64,000 nt of DNA from Octopus vulgaris (taxonomy: Eukaryota). A model generated the notes under the pieces. It saw only the letters and a program-made list of their open reading frames with translations, was not told where the DNA came from and did not search any database. Location of the stretch: positions 88,164,001 through 88,228,000 of the forward strand of contig OX597816.1 of assembly GCA_951406725.2 (NCBI GenBank), in the 5' to 3' direction. How positions within the stretch are numbered: the first letter of the stretch is position 1; each line of letters begins with the position of its first letter. Below, one piece after another: positions 1 through 13,505 of the stretch. A program made the position numbers and the translations under genes.

Positions 1-193
1 GGGACAAACAAGGACAGACATAGGTATTAAGTCGATTACATCGACCCCAGTGCGCAACTGGTACTTATTTAATCGACCCCGAAAGGATGAAAGGCAAAGT
101 CGACCTCGGCGGAATTTGAACTCAGAACGTAACGACAGACGAAATACCGGTAAGCATTTCGCCCGGCGCGCTAACGTTTCTGCCAGCTCGCCT
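1..193 (-). mobile_element. tRNA-derived SINE, family A (central GCCTTTCATCCTTTCGGGGTCGAT..AAGTACCAG domain, MetaSINE-like)
   Basis: Reverse complement reads GGCGAGCTGGCAGAAACGTTAG (A box)...GAGTTCAAATTCC (B box), then the central domain. The same sequence recurs at 46491-46702, 47620-47810 and 59688-59824. Confidence 0.85.
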
Positions 194-719
194 GATATAG
201 TAATACCGTACACTTGAAAGCTCTCAGAAAACCAGCTGGACTGTTAATGACTATTGTTGTCATGACAATTATGTGGACCAACTTATGCTGAATACATTGG
301 TATAACTTATTTTCAACATAAGTCATTAGTGGCTGAAATGACAGTAATGTTGGGTGAGTTGGAAGTATCTGCGAGGCACGTTCGGTGTGTTTATGAGCTA
401 GATATTTATCTTGCAGTAGAAATTTCGTCTATCTCTAAATGGAAATCAGTCGATAGAAATGACAGCTTATACCTAGTCGTTTATAGTTCTAGGTTCAAAT
501 CCCCATGTCATCAATCGCTTACTACCACTTGCGTGACCATCGTTCAAAGTTAAACTCGCTAAAATGAAATAAAAGGGTTGTTCCTTGAAACATATGTACT
601 CATAAGATGTTTTGCCTTCTATCTTACTGTACACAATGCCCTAAAATATCATATATGGTAAGGAATATTCGTAGTATTTTTCTTCCTGTCTTTTTACGAG
701 TATGAACTTACTAGGAAGA

Positions 720-820
720 GAAGATTCCCGGTCCCTTCGCTCCCACCCCTTTTAGTCGCTTCTTATGCCACGCAGGGAATACAATGATTGCATTCTACCG
801 ATACCCCCCAGTCGCAAGTG
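720..820 (-). mobile_element. RTE-type LINE 5'-end structured motif, inverted relative to the adjacent RT fragment
   Basis: Minus strand GGGGGGTATCGGTAGAATG...TATTCCCTGCGTGGCATAAGAAGCGACTAAAAGGGG resembles the motif CCCCTGCNTGTCGTAAGAGGCGACTAAAAGGGG that I recall from 5' UTRs of invertebrate RTE elements. Confidence 0.55.
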
Positions 821-2034
821 TTGCGGTTGTATGGAGTAGATGGTAGATTGTTGAGAGCTGTTCAGAGTTATTATAGAGAAAATAAGGCATGCGTTTGGGC
901 GAGTGGTGAAGCGAGGGGTTTGATGTGAAGGTGAGGATTAAGACAGGGTTGGGTGATGTCTCTGGGGCTGTTTAATTTCTATATGGATGGTGTGGCGAGA
1001 GAGGTAAATGCTAGAACCTTTGGCAGGGGAACACAAATGGTGGGAGAAATGGCATGTGAGTCGGTTGTTCTTTGCTGATGATACAGCTCTGGTGGTAGAT
1101 TCAGAAGAGCAACTGAGGAGACTGGTGGCAGAGTTTGGAAGAGTGTGTGAGAGGAGGAAACTGAAAGTGAATGTAGTTACGAGTAAGGTGATGAGATGTA
1201 CGAGAGATGGAATGGCTGGTAGCTTGGATGTGAGTATAAATGGTGAGATGTTAAAGGAGGTGAGTGTTTTTAAGAACCTGGGATCACATGTGACGGCGGA
1301 TGGGATACAGAGTGAGGGAGGGGAGTAAGATACTTGAAGTTGTGAAAGGTATTCTGAAAGATAAAAGGTTGAGTATGAAAGCAAAATGAGGTGTGTATGA
1401 GGGCGTGATTTTGCCGACAATGTTATATAGTGCAGAGACGTGGGGGCTGAGAGAGGCGGAAAGGAAGCGACTAGATGTGTTTGAGATGAGATGTCTCAGG
1501 GATATGGTTGGTATGACACGGATGGACAGGATAAGGAATGGAGAGGTGCGCAGGAGAGCAGGAATGAGAGAAAACTAACAAGCAAAATGAATGGACGAAT
1601 GTTGAGGTGGTTTGGCCATATGGAGAGGGTGGATGAGGAGCGGATGGTAAGGAGGGTGATGAAGGCAGAAGTAGTAGGCAGCAGAACCAGAGGCAGACCT
1701 CGGTTTGTGAGGATGGATGGAGTGAGGAAAGCTTTGGTGTTAGAGGTGTTGGGGTGAGAGAGGTAAGAGAGTTTATAAATGAGAGGAAAGCTTGGAGAGT
1801 GTTTGTGGATGGATGAGTGAATTTGATGTTGCTCAAAGGGTTACGGAACCAACATGACGCGGCGGGGGTAAGCCAGCATATGCTGTCGGGTTCCGCTGCT
1901 GATACTGGGGTTGTGTTCTATGCCTTGACCTGAACATAGAACGGGGCCCGCCACTTTGAGCTGCGAAATGAATGGAATGCTTGGTGTGTGTCTTGTTGTG
2001 GCTATCCCCTCCTAAAAATGGAGAATAGGCCTGA

Positions 2035-2035
<1 letters not shown>
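820..2035 (+). mobile_element. RTE-clade non-LTR retrotransposon, 5'-truncated, degenerate RT and C-terminus plus 3' UTR
   Basis: Frameshifted peptides GVDGRLLRAVQSYY, GLRQGWVMS, LFFADDTALV (RT catalytic motif), YEGVILPTMLYSAETW, RWFGHMER and RGRPR; ends in a (TA)n tract. Confidence 0.9.
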
Positions 2036-2081
<46 letters not shown>

Positions 2082-2710
2082 TTTGTAGTCGTTATTGTTT
2101 ATCGTTCCATCCAAAAACATTCCTCTTATATTTTAGACAGTGTATCTATCTTGCATTACACTGTCAATTATAGCATTCATTCTTGAAAGATGGTAGCGTG
2201 CTGGTTTCAGGGAGATTCTGACTACAATTTCTAGTAGACAAAATGAATCGGTAGAAATTTTTACTCTGCTTCTCTCTTTCTCTCTCTGTCTCTCTCTCCT
2301 TGTATAATCTGAAATAAGAATATGTAATATTCATGATATTCTAATGGTAGTCGTTCTGTAAATGAAGCTCAAAGCCTCCAACCAGTATTCAGATGGTGCC
2401 GAAGAATCCACAAGTGGGGTGCCGAGATATTGAATGAAGCAAGCTTTATAAGTGTTTACAATGAAAATATCATTATAAACTACAGCTGATTTCTGTGCAC
2501 CTCAAGTGGTGGAGTTGTCAGGTTTGATATGTTTTCATTGTTCAACTAAAAACAATACCCAGTGAGAAATACAATGAACTTTTACAGACAAAACTCTCTT
2601 TCTCGTTCACTTACACACTCATACACACACTCTCTCATTAACTTTCTCTTTCTATGTATGACTCTGCATCTCTCTCTCGTTCTCTCTTTCTCTTTCCGTC
2701 TCTCTTGTCT

Positions 2711-2711
<1 letters not shown>

Positions 2712-2753
<42 letters not shown>

Positions 2754-2782
2754 GTCTATCTATCTATCTATATGTCTGTCTG

Positions 2783-2869
<87 letters not shown>

Positions 2870-2870
2870 G

Positions 2871-2950
<80 letters not shown>
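2712..2950. repeat. (TATC)n microsatellite
   Basis: Long, near-perfect TATC array; explains the LSIY-repeat ORFs. Confidence 0.97.
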
Positions 2951-3059
2951 AACGTTTCTTTTTATGGCGAGTTACAATATAAATAATTTTACATTAAATT
3001 CAATGATTACTCTATACTTATTGTAGACTTCGTATTTATTATACTTTTAAAAGAAATGT

Positions 3060-3560
3060 GATGTTAGTGATTTCGAAGTCACGACTTGCTAGCCTTTATC
3101 GAACTGTGGTATATTTGAGTAAATCTTTGATTTTTAGTCTCTGACAGGATTGTTGTCTCGGATAGATGAAAACGTGCTGAATGATAGTCAGGTTGTAGGG
3201 TAAGTTGTGATGAAAAAAATGGCATACAATGTTTTATTGCTTAAAGTTGGAATTGTATCATTGTTCAGTCAAGTGTTTAAAATTTTGCAACCAGCTGTGT
3301 CTCTTTTAGGTGTACAACCTTCAGGTCGAAGGACTGATTTTTGGAAAGAAGAGGTTATTGTTCAGACTTCATTGAAGCATATAAAACATTGTCATCAGGT
3401 GTATCTATTTAGTTATGTCAGCTTCAGGTCTGGTTAGAATAGGAATTTGGTTATTTCGTGTATTGAGGTTTTGTAAAGGACGTAAGTGAAAAGTTTGGTT
3501 GGTCAGCTGATGTCTAACTAGGGTTAAATTGTTGGCATGTTATTGATTACTATTTCGAAA
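3060..3560 (-). mobile_element. Decayed Penelope-like repeat ending in a degenerate hammerhead (same family as 51930-52450)
   Basis: Minus strand ...TCAGAGACT...CACAGTTCGATAAAGG...GACTTCGAAATCACT aligns by eye with ...TCAGAGACT...CACAGTCTTATGAAGG...AACTTCGAAGTCACTG at 51.9-52.0 kb. Confidence 0.5.
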
Positions 3561-3980
3561 CTTTTAACCTTTGTGTTTTGGGAAGGTAAATGTAGTAGTG
3601 TTATAAATATTTATTCTGTTATAAATATTTATTCAATTCAATTTCAAGTGTGATTGTTTGTAATCATATTTATAATATATTATCTGAAGCCTATGCATAT
3701 AAGCAAATGTGGTCATCATATAAATATGTACATATACCTTTGTACAAATAAATACAGACTTAACCCTATATACATAAATACATTCATACAGTATCAATAT
3801 ATATATATACACATATGGAAGTATCTATACACACACACACGCACACCCATATTTATATATATATATATATATATATATTTACACACACTTTGAAACCCAT
3901 ACATATAACTATAAATATACACCCGTAAAAATCTATGCAAATGCTAACCTGTGTTCGCACATAAAGTCACTCAAATACCT

Positions 3981-4019
<39 letters not shown>

Positions 4020-4773
4020 TCTGCGACTATGATTAGCTTAGAATGATGTACCTCCGTATATATATATATACATATATTTACGCACACGCACATACACACG
4101 CATATATTCATAGTTATATATATATATATATATACACATAGAATATACACATAGAAACATCTAACTACCTATGTATATATATATATATATTAACAGTAAG
4201 TTATTTATATATGTATACGCTCATATATACATATACATAAGCACACACAGATACACACACACATGCACACACACACGTACACACGCATATGCTTACACGG
4301 CCACAAACTCATGTAATATAAAGTCTTCTACGCGCTGTTAGGCATACAAACAAATACAATTTATATATATTCCTATGGATGCCACCAAGAAATTTATATA
4401 AAGATTATCCTGGTATTATTTGCTCAGATAGACAAATAGTACTTTTGGCGTTCCTATCTAAAAAGAAAAATATGCACATACAAATACCAGATTGAGTCAA
4501 AAGTTCTTCGAATTTTCACGGATGATATTTGGGAACTTGTATCTTAATGATGTATCACTATTTTGTTACAATAAACACTTTTCATATGTAATTTTTTAAA
4601 ACTATTAATTAAAGCTTGAAACACGGAAAAAATTAAGACTCAACCTAGTACTTATACATACACATACCAGTTGTGTACTGGGGTTGATATAATCGACTGG
4701 CCCCTTCCCCCAAATTTCGGGCCTTGGGCCCAGAGTAGAAAAGAAAAATAAATGCAAGATCTCAAATGTAGCA

Positions 4774-4814
4774 CGGTCCGATGAAGTTTAACAAGTCGAA
4801 ACTTCGAAGTCATT
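4774..4814 (+). ncRNA. Minimal type I hammerhead ribozyme motif, degenerate
   Basis: CGGT-CCGATGA-AGTTTAACAAGTC-GAAA-CTTCGAAG-TC-ATT. Stem III is the palindrome ACTTCGAAGT, the core has U4C, and stems I and II are weak. Confidence 0.6.
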
Positions 4815-4879
4815 ATGTATGTACGTGTGTATATATGTATCTTTATGTATGTATGTTTGTATGTGTGTATGTATGTATG

Positions 4880-5100
4880 TCAAAGGGCGGAGGAACTCTT
4901 GAGAGTCAACGGCCATCCAATAAATGTGTATTTTAAGGCTTAAAGCTGTATCATGCGCAGGGACATAGAAATAATCGGACTGAATACCCGATCGCGTGGT
5001 TAAACAATTCGGAGTGAAGGACTCCTAGCCTTTGTTAGGGCATCCTTCTAGGAGAAGGTAACTCAGGTAACTGGGATAACTCCGACATAAAACCTGCGGC
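4880..5100 (+). mobile_element. Probable RTE-group LINE 5' UTR fragment
   Basis: Contains GGGCATCCTTCTAGGAGAAGGTAACTC...AAACC, resembling the GGGCAACC..CTAGGAGAAGGAAAACTC motif of RTE 5' UTRs; embedded in (TATG)n. Confidence 0.4.
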
Positions 5101-5390
5101 TCATTGGTTTCCGATGATATTGACTTGTTCTTCTTTTCGGATTATGGCTGCTGTTGCTTAGTGAGTGGGTTTGACTCAGTGCACATCCTTTCCTCACTTT
5201 AAAAAAAATATATTCTTGCATAGGCATTGCACGATAGCAACATTGTTCATGATTGTTGATAGTGCTGTGAGTCTCAACTGAATAGCTGGTTGTAGTCTTA
5301 AAAAGCAAATAAAAGTCACATTCGATCTCAGCACCAATAACAGTTAAGCTTCGTGCAATGGCCACACTCGATAATGAGGGAGCAGCCATC

Positions 5391-5494
5391 ATGTATGTAT
5401 GTATGTATGTATGTATGTATGTATGTATGTATGTATGTATGTATGTATGTATGTATGTATGTATGTATGTATGCATGCATGCATGCATGCATGC

Positions 5495-5574
<80 letters not shown>

Positions 5575-5575
5575 G
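5391..5575. repeat. Compound (TATG)n-(CATG)n-(TATC)n microsatellite
   Basis: Direct inspection. Confidence 0.95.
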
Positions 5576-5799
5576 TATGTCTGTGTGTATCTGTCACTCC
5601 CTCTCTGTTTGTCTGTCTATCTGTCTCACTGTTTCTGTCTGCTTGTCTCTCTCTCTCTCTCTTTCTCCCTCCCTCTCTCTGTCTCTCTGTTTTTGTATGT
5701 AATTTTTTGAACTATCTACTAAAGCTTGAAATACGAAAAATTTGAGACTCAAAGTACTAATTACACCCATGCACACACACATTTATATATATACCATAT

Positions 5800-6440
5800 A
5801 CATTCATATATATGAAACACAGGATCTGTGTCTGTGTGCTTGTCATGTCGTTAAAACTCGAGATCCACACAACCATGCCCTTCCTCCAAGGTCCATGGAG
5901 TGTCATGGGTGAAAGTAATTTTCAACTTCTTTTCTAATGCGAGCCCATGGGCAGATAAACAGCATTTTAAAGCATCTTCGCGGCGTTAAGGGCCGTAACT
6001 TGAAAAGTATCAAGTTTCTCTCCTCTAAATGTGCAACACATATTTTATCAGGCTCCTCGAATTGCTGTTAACTAAAAAAAATGTCCGATGCGGACTATGC
6101 CGGCACCCCACCAACACTACCAAAAAAAATAACACGCAGATTAATCAGATTTAGGTCATTGTCCGACGATAAAATAATGACACTACTTATGTATTATAAG
6201 TAACGTATAATATTTCATGAAAACCTTTTTGTCCAATTTGGCAGATGACATGAGAAGAACATTAAACGTTTTGTCGGTGCCCTGTTGATACTTCATGTTA
6301 CCATCACGTGCACCACCGGGCCATGTGCGTGTGTGCACGGCTGGGTAAAGGCACAACAAACCCATTCCTCCATTCTCCAAAAGTGCCCTATTGATGTTTC
6401 ACGTTTCCAATCCTGCGCAACGCAGCATGGTCCGGCGGCA
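5800..6440 (+). mobile_element. Possible non-autonomous Helitron
   Basis: 5' TATATATGAAAC..GTCTGTGTG..AACTCGAGA start typical of such elements; subterminal hairpin CTGCG-CAA-CGCAG near 6413-6425; terminal CTAG not intact. Confidence 0.35.
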
Positions 6441-6618
6441 TTTCTACTTTCTTTATCATCCATGTCTGAATTATATAATACAAAATGTTCATACGAAAAA
6501 ATATACTGCTGTTGTGGCTCATAACCATTTGAGTTTGACTGCGTGACCACTTCCGGAAGCTACGCTCACCACCTGCAATTAGTGCCCCCACCCGTGTTCT
6601 CTCCCCCATTTAGTCGGA

Positions 6619-7067
6619 CGAGGGTGTCTCAAAATTAATGATGCATTTGTTTTAAAGACTCACTTTTTTATGTTTGTCATGTTTAGTATGTGTTAAAATG
6701 TATGAATTTTGAATTTTGTTTATAATTTTGTTTTCATTCCTGTAGGACCCTTCTTATTTGTCCATGACAGCTTTTTTCCAATTTGGCAGCAATAATTTTC
6801 TTTACCTCTATCCCCAAGATGGAGCAATCGTTTAGCTGAGCTTAAAGAACACATTCAGTTAGCAGTGCAGGAGATAGCTCCTGAAATGCTTAAAAAGGAG
6901 AGATTTGAAGTATGCAGGGATACAGACATGTCGAAAATTTTCAATAAAAGTTTGACATGAGATTTATAAATATATTTGTTTTGGTAATATACATAAAATT
7001 CTGTCAGTTTTTGTTTTTAAGTTTGCTCAGTTTCATTGAAACAGATAATTAATTCTGGAACACCCTG
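6619..7067 (+). mobile_element. Internally deleted Tc1/mariner-superfamily element (rosa/DD41D-like)
   Basis: TIRs AGGGTGTCTCAAAATTAAT / ATTAATTCTGGAACACCCTG followed by TA; C-terminal transposase peptide SLAELKEHIQLAVQEIAPEMLK..ERFEVC. Confidence 0.65.
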
Positions 7068-7203
7068 TATGGTGTAGCGTTGTTAGTTGTTGCGCTGCTC
7101 GAGTAAATATTAAAATCAAAGGTCTTCTTCCTATAAACATCCCATCTTTTTGTTAAGGATATTGTATCAAGGAGTATATTATCCAAAATGTATTTCTCCT
7201 TTA

Positions 7204-7325
7204 TAGGCGTGGCTGTGTGGTTGAGAAGCTTGCTTTCCAATCATGTCGCATTGGGTTCAATCTCACTGTATGGCCATTGGGCAATTCTTTTTCATAGCAG
7301 TTCCGTGCCGACCAAAGCCTTGTGT
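7204..7325 (+). mobile_element. SINE family B (CORE-type, OR1/OR2-like), 5' part
   Basis: GGCGTGGCTGTGTGGTT...GGGTTCAATC...TTGGGCAA...CCGACCAAAGCCTTGTG. Confidence 0.75.
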
Positions 7326-7589
7326 ATTATATAATTGTTATTATTGTATTGATATATAAAATAACACTTACAACTCACTTATTATTGTCATATAATAAAA
7401 AGAAGTTCGTGTATGAAATTGATCCTTTTTCTACTTTAATTATTACATGTTTTTTTCTTATAATATACACACGCACGGGTGGAGTAAATCTCTATATATA
7501 ATAGCACTTTGAATGTGGCTCCCGAGAAAGAGTAAATGTAATTATCCGATCAACGACGAGTATTACTGCTACTTAATGTAGACATATAT

Positions 7590-7737
7590 ATGACGGGCTT
7601 CTTTCAGTTTCCGTCTACCATATCCACTCACAAGGCTTTTATCGGTTCGAAGTTATGGTAGAAGACACCTGCTTAAGGTGCCACGCAGTGGGACTGAACC
7701 CAGAAGCACGTGGTTGGGAAGCAAGCTTCTTACCATC
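7590..7737 (-). mobile_element. SINE family B, 5' half
   Basis: Reverse complement of the 30359-30520 sequence (CTTTCAGTTTCCGTCTACC...GTGGGACTGAACCC). Confidence 0.85.
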
Positions 7738-8344
7738 CTGTCGTGCTATGGAGAAAGGAAGTATTCTCTGTGTAAGAGTCGGTGTTGTCGGATGTGGCGG
7801 TCGATTTATAGAAAGAATATAGCTGACAAGAAAAGCAAACATTATGGCAAATCTCAGTCGATAGGATGAAGGAGAGGAAAAGATCCGTCGACAGTCAACA
7901 CTCACAGTAGATAACGCAATTTGATTATAAGATACCGATCCAAGAGATAAGAGGAAGTTACAGATCAGAACTAGCAAATTTCGATAGGAGAATCGAATAC
8001 AACGCACAGCTGAAACTTTTGATTTCGAGCAATAATGTGACATGCAATCATATCGAAGGCAACAACATTGCTTTCAGAATTTCAGAATTCCTCCAATACG
8101 AGCGCCCACTGGTGTTTAATAAAGAACCATATCAGTGGATATAGTTTGCATTAAAAAACTACTGCTGGTTTTAAAGATAAAAGAGAGATAGAGAGAGAGG
8201 AAGAAAAGAGAGAGAGAGAGGGGGGAGAAGGTAGACAGAAAGAGGGAGAGAGGTCAGTACCCTTTATCACTTTTGTGAACTCTATTAATTTTGCCGTTGA
8301 GTTCTAATTGCTAATAAGCCACACTTATATATATATATGTATAT

Positions 8345-8565
8345 AGTTAATCCAAACAAGAAAACAGAAAAAAACACAAAAAAAAACACAGCAACGCGAG
8401 GACGTGGAACAATTAAAGTATTATTTGACGCTCAGGAAAGAAGGTAAGGAGGGTTTAACGTTTCGAGCGGAGCTCTTCGTCGGAAACAAGGAGAAAGAAA
8501 GATCCCGAGAAAGGAAGACAGAGGAAAAAAATATTTTTGCTGGTGGTGCTCAAGAGATCACATGT
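8345..8565 (-). mobile_element. Penelope-like non-autonomous repeat with a minimal hammerhead at 8452-8487
   Basis: Minus strand TTT-CCGACGA-A-GAGC-TCC-GCTC-GAAA-CG-TT-AAA; flanks resemble 61370-61545. Confidence 0.6.
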
Positions 8566-8599
8566 TATATATATATATATAATTTTTGCCTTTTTTCCT

Positions 8600-8752
8600 T
8601 GTTTAGTTATTTCACTGTGACCGTACTAAGGAGCCACTGAGTTGAACAATTCGACCCTATGCTATTTTAGTCCGGCGCCTATTTTAGCTACATTACGGAG
8701 AGGCAAACAAGCCAGCACCCTTCGTTAAGTGGTGGTGGCAGACATGCACTCA

Positions 8753-8809
<57 letters not shown>

Positions 8810-8965
8810 CCACGCACACACACACATATACACTCAAACACACACACACACAAAGCATTGCTTCTCACGCGCTACGGTAGAAAACAGCTGTGCAAGTTAC
8901 CATGCAGTGGGACTGAACCGGAGACCACGTGTTTCTAAGGTAAATTTATTAAGCACAGAAGCCTT
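8600..8965 (-). mobile_element. SINE family B, degenerate, with internal (CA)n
   Basis: GCAGTGGGACTGAACC head plus degenerate tail. Confidence 0.6.
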
Positions 8966-8968
8966 TGC

Positions 8969-8999
<31 letters not shown>

Positions 9000-9514
9000 A
9001 TATATATATACATGCATACATATCTATCAATCTATTTGTCTGTCTATCTCTCACTCTTTTTCTATATATGTATATACACACACAAATATACATACGCACA
9101 CATACACACACGCGCATACACACGAAACACAGATATATATTTAAATCTTAATCTGTAAAAATATCTGTGCTTTTATGATTGCTTATCTGCAAATGTGTTG
9201 TCTCTGTATGTGCACACATGTCTCAGTCTCGCATCCCTTACTCAACAAGTGTGTGCGTATGTGTAGTGTATGTGTGCGTGTGTGTGTGTGTGGTTGTGTG
9301 TGTGTGTGTGTGGTTGTGTGTGTGTGTGTGTGGTTGTGTGTGTGTGTGTGTGTGTGTGTAGTGTATGTGTGCGCGCGTGTGTGTGTGTGTACGCAAGCAA
9401 ATAGATACAAATGTCTATATATATGGATGTGTACATTCATACATGTGTATACACTCAGAAACAACATACAAACATATAAAAGCTTCTGGAATGTTCCTAT
9501 AATATACCTGCACG

Positions 9515-9612
<98 letters not shown>

Positions 9613-9755
9613 CATATATACATGCATAAATACATATATGTATATACATATATATATATACACACACACTTCAGAAATATTTATATGTATGGATGCATGC
9701 ATCTATGATTGTATGTATGCATGTATGTATATATGTATGTATGTATGCATGTATA

Positions 9756-9815
<60 letters not shown>

Positions 9816-10256
9816 TATTATATATATATATGTGAAATTACAGAGATGTCTACTTCCACTTAAAAACATACACACCTACATTTTCCTAATACATATATGG
9901 GAATAATTAAATTTAGTATAATTAACATAAATGAATATGCATAAGGGTAATGTGTTTTGGCAAAACTCTTTACCTATTTCTGAAATATATTGTTGTTGTT
10001 GTTGTTCTTGCTGTTGTTGTTATTGTTTTTGCTGTTTTATTTCTGTTGTTATTGTTATGCTGTATTACTGTATTGTCGTCTTGTCTTTCAGTGTTGTTAT
10101 TGCTATTTTTGTTTCTGCTGCTTTCTCTCAGAAGTAAATTGAATAAATACATAAATATTTTAGATTGTTTATTCGAAATAACATGTGTAAAGTTGTGTGT
10201 ATATGCCTCAAACTGTGCCTAATGTATAAGTGTTTGGATGTGTATGTAAATGGACA

Positions 10257-10299
<43 letters not shown>

Positions 10300-10774
10300 G
10301 TGAGTACGTCTTAATAAGTTAGATACTTCTTAACTCTTCTTTTTCTTCATGCAAGCACTATCGTTTTAGGACACACACATACACTTGTTTGTATGTGTGA
10401 ATATATGCTTGTTCTTATCTATCTGCTTATCTTTCGGTCTTTCTACCGATCTATAATCACAAGAAGGAGTGTTGTTTAATGGATAATCGAATATGTATGC
10501 AGGTTCGATCCTTTAGTCGAGCCATTATATTTTAATTTTATTTTTCGGGATCACTGAACCGATCTGCCTTCTAGGTAGCAGAAACAGAAATAAGTCAGGG
10601 ACAAAGGGATGTAAAACTGCCACTTGTAATAGAATATGAGCAAACGTGGAACGTTGGCAAAGGCAAACAACATTCAATATAGGAGCATTGTTAGGAGACA
10701 AAGCAATATGAGAATATTAAATAAGTTTCATATCTACCATATTTCAGAACTCCTAATTTATTTTGCAATGAAAG

Positions 10775-10825
<51 letters not shown>

Positions 10826-11282
10826 GAGAGAGAAACATATACACCAAACATATAGTGAAATTACATCCGTGTTTGTATGCGTGTGCTATTTATATTTTCT
10901 GTACCTATAATTTTATTAATATATGATACAATTATACGTACCTGAATGTAGATCAACATAAGTGTATACCTATGTATGCTATATCGATTTTATTGTATGA
11001 AGGAATTTTAGAACATTTTTTTTAACGTTTTATTTATTTTTCTGGGGGTTTTCTTTTCTTTTTTTTTGTTTTTTAAGTATTTTCACATTTATTACTTTTT
11101 CTAATTTTAGACCCTCTGTAACCGCCGCGCCCAAATGTTCTTCCTTTCTTTCTTTCTTCCTTTCTTTCTTTCTTTTTTCCTTCTTTCTTTCTTTCTTTCC
11201 GTCCTTCTTTCTTTCTGCTTCCTCCCAATCTACTTCTATATCATCATCATCATCATAATCATCATCATAATTATCATCATCT

Positions 11283-11380
11283 TTCTTCTTCTTCTTCTTC
11301 TTCTTCTTCTTCTTCTTCTTCTTCTTCTTCTTCTTCTTCTTCTTCTTCTTCTTCTTCTTCTTCTTCTTCTTCTTCTTCTT
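11283..11380. repeat. (CTT)n microsatellite
   Basis: Perfect trinucleotide array; source of the poly-K and poly-L ORFs. Confidence 0.97.
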
Positions 11381-11969
11381 CACCACTTTCTTCACCACCT
11401 TCTTCATTTTCTTTTCTCCCTTCAATTTATTTATATAATTATTTATTTGTCTAAACTTTTTGACACTTTTAACACGTTTTGCTGTCGTTATCATCATTGA
11501 CCACGACTTAAATGCATATCTTTAAAATGATTATTCCAGTTTGAGTATGACTATCAGAAATGTGAAGCTCAGTTTATGGACTTTTCAGCTCCAATTTCCC
11601 TCGATTTTAGAGCTGAGTACTTATTTCTCTCCTCCTGTTCATCCTCTTGTGTTGTGACATTTACACAAGCACGGACACGCATGCACACACACACATGCAT
11701 ACGTATGTGCAATGTGCGTGTGTATGTATCTATTGTATCTATATGGAGAATGGCATAACCATCAAAAATATATCCACGGTATTTAAGATCTCAGTTCATA
11801 ACAGGCCATTAAAATTCAACACATTTTTATATTGCAGTAATTCCAGATAAGACGGTTTTGATGTGTGTTTATAAATGACCTAAAATGATCTTATAAAGCA
11901 ACATCCATAGAATTGAAGCAGAACAGCAAAATTTTAACATTTTGCTCATACTTTAATAATTTATACACG

Positions 11970-12247
11970 AATTGTGCCCAACAGCTGTTTCATTCGGATA
12001 AACAACATTAATTCCACACTTAATGAATTTGAATTAAATTGATTTAAAATAAATTTTATTTAAAACCGTGTTTACTCAAATCATCAGGAGTATTATGCGT
12101 TCTGCTAATCAGAAAACCGCTTCGGCTTTTGATGGTTTGGATAAACATAGCATTTAAATAATTTAATTCAAATTAATTATGCATTGCAATAACGTAATTA
12201 TGAAACTAATGATGTTTATTCTAATGAAATTGCATTTGAGCACAAGC
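11970..12247. repeat. Imperfect long inverted repeat (MITE-like hairpin)
   Basis: Left arm TTGTGCCCAA..TTTCATTCGGATAAACAACATTA..GAATTTGAATTAAATT..GTGTTTACTCAAATCATCAGG matches the reverse complement of 12125-12247. Confidence 0.65.
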
Positions 12248-12265
12248 CACCATTGCAATTACCTA

Positions 12266-13505
12266 CGAGGGTGGGTTGAAAAGTTCATAGGCTGACGATG
12301 AAGGAAGGATGCTAGATCTGTGAAAGCTTGCTTGCATTAATTTCAATATCTTGTTAATAACTGCATTGTTTCTTTCCAAATAAACTTATATCTGACTGTT
12401 CAAAGAAGATTTCTAAAGTAACTAGTAGCAACATCTCATGAAAATGGACAAAATTTGGCATTGTGGTGTTATCAATTACATGTAGAAAAAAGGTTTTAGC
12501 GCCCAAGGACATTCATGCTGCTATGGTTGCTACATTAGATGACGCTCTAACTTTTTAAACAGTGCAAAAAGGGAAGGAAGGAAGAGTGTTGAAGATGACC
12601 CAAGGATTGGACTCCTGAAACTGCCACCACCAAGAAAAACATTGATCGTGCTCATCACATGTTGATGGATGACAGGTGATTGACTATAAACCAAATAGTC
12701 AATGCTATTAGCACATTCCTTGAGAGAGTTGAGAATTTTCTGCACAATGAACGTGACATGACAAAGGTTGAACTCGGTGGGTGCCACGTCTTCTGACACC
12801 TGATCAATAATGAACCAGGCTGTGATCACATCACAGGAAAATCTGACATTGTTTGAAGCAGATCCAGCTGGTTTCCTGGAGCCTAGGATTAGTGTTGAGT
12901 TGATCACTTTGAGCCAAAGACAAAGCGACAATACAAGCAGTGAAACCTTCCTCTTTACCTACTCCAAAGAAAGCCAAGGTAGTTTTATCTGCAGGGAAGC
13001 CGATGGGCTCAGATTTTGGGGAAGCAAAAGGCATTGTGTTTATTGACTATCTTTAAAAGGGCTACACCATAAATGGAGAGAACTATGCTAACTTGCTAAG
13101 AAAATTACAAAAGGCTATCAATACCAAACGTCCAAGAAAACTGATGCTCCAACAAAACAATGCTCCAATATATAAGTTCTTGGTTCTTGGTTTCAAAAGC
13201 TGATATGCATGACTGTGGCTTTGAACTGTTGAACACCAATCCTATTCTCCTGATTTGATCCCATCTGACTACCACCTGTTCACTAACATGAAAAAGCATT
13301 TAGCTGGGAACTAGTATTGCTGTGACGATGCCGTCATACCTGCTGCTGATGACTGTTTTGAACAACATAGTGAAAGGTTCTTCACTAATGGGATTCAAGA
13401 ACTGCAATATCGATGGAAGGGGGGCTACATTGAAAAATAAACCTTATTTGGTCACATTCCATACGAGTATCTTAATGAATCTATGAACTTTTCAGCCGAC
13501 CGTCG
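12266..13505 (+). mobile_element. Full-length mariner (DD34D, irritans/Hsmar2-like), transposase pseudogene
   Basis: TA-flanked ~25-bp TIRs CGAGGGTGGGTTGAAAAGTTCATAG / CTATGAACTTTTCAGCCGACCGTCG; MDKIWH start at 12444; WVPRLL and YSPDL motifs; many stops and frameshifts. Confidence 0.93.

Noticed and set aside
6290-6610. Minus-strand peptides loosely resembling a Helitron helicase C-terminus (QPCTHAHG)
   Set aside because: Similarity is too weak, and the apparent Helitron termini point to the opposite strand.
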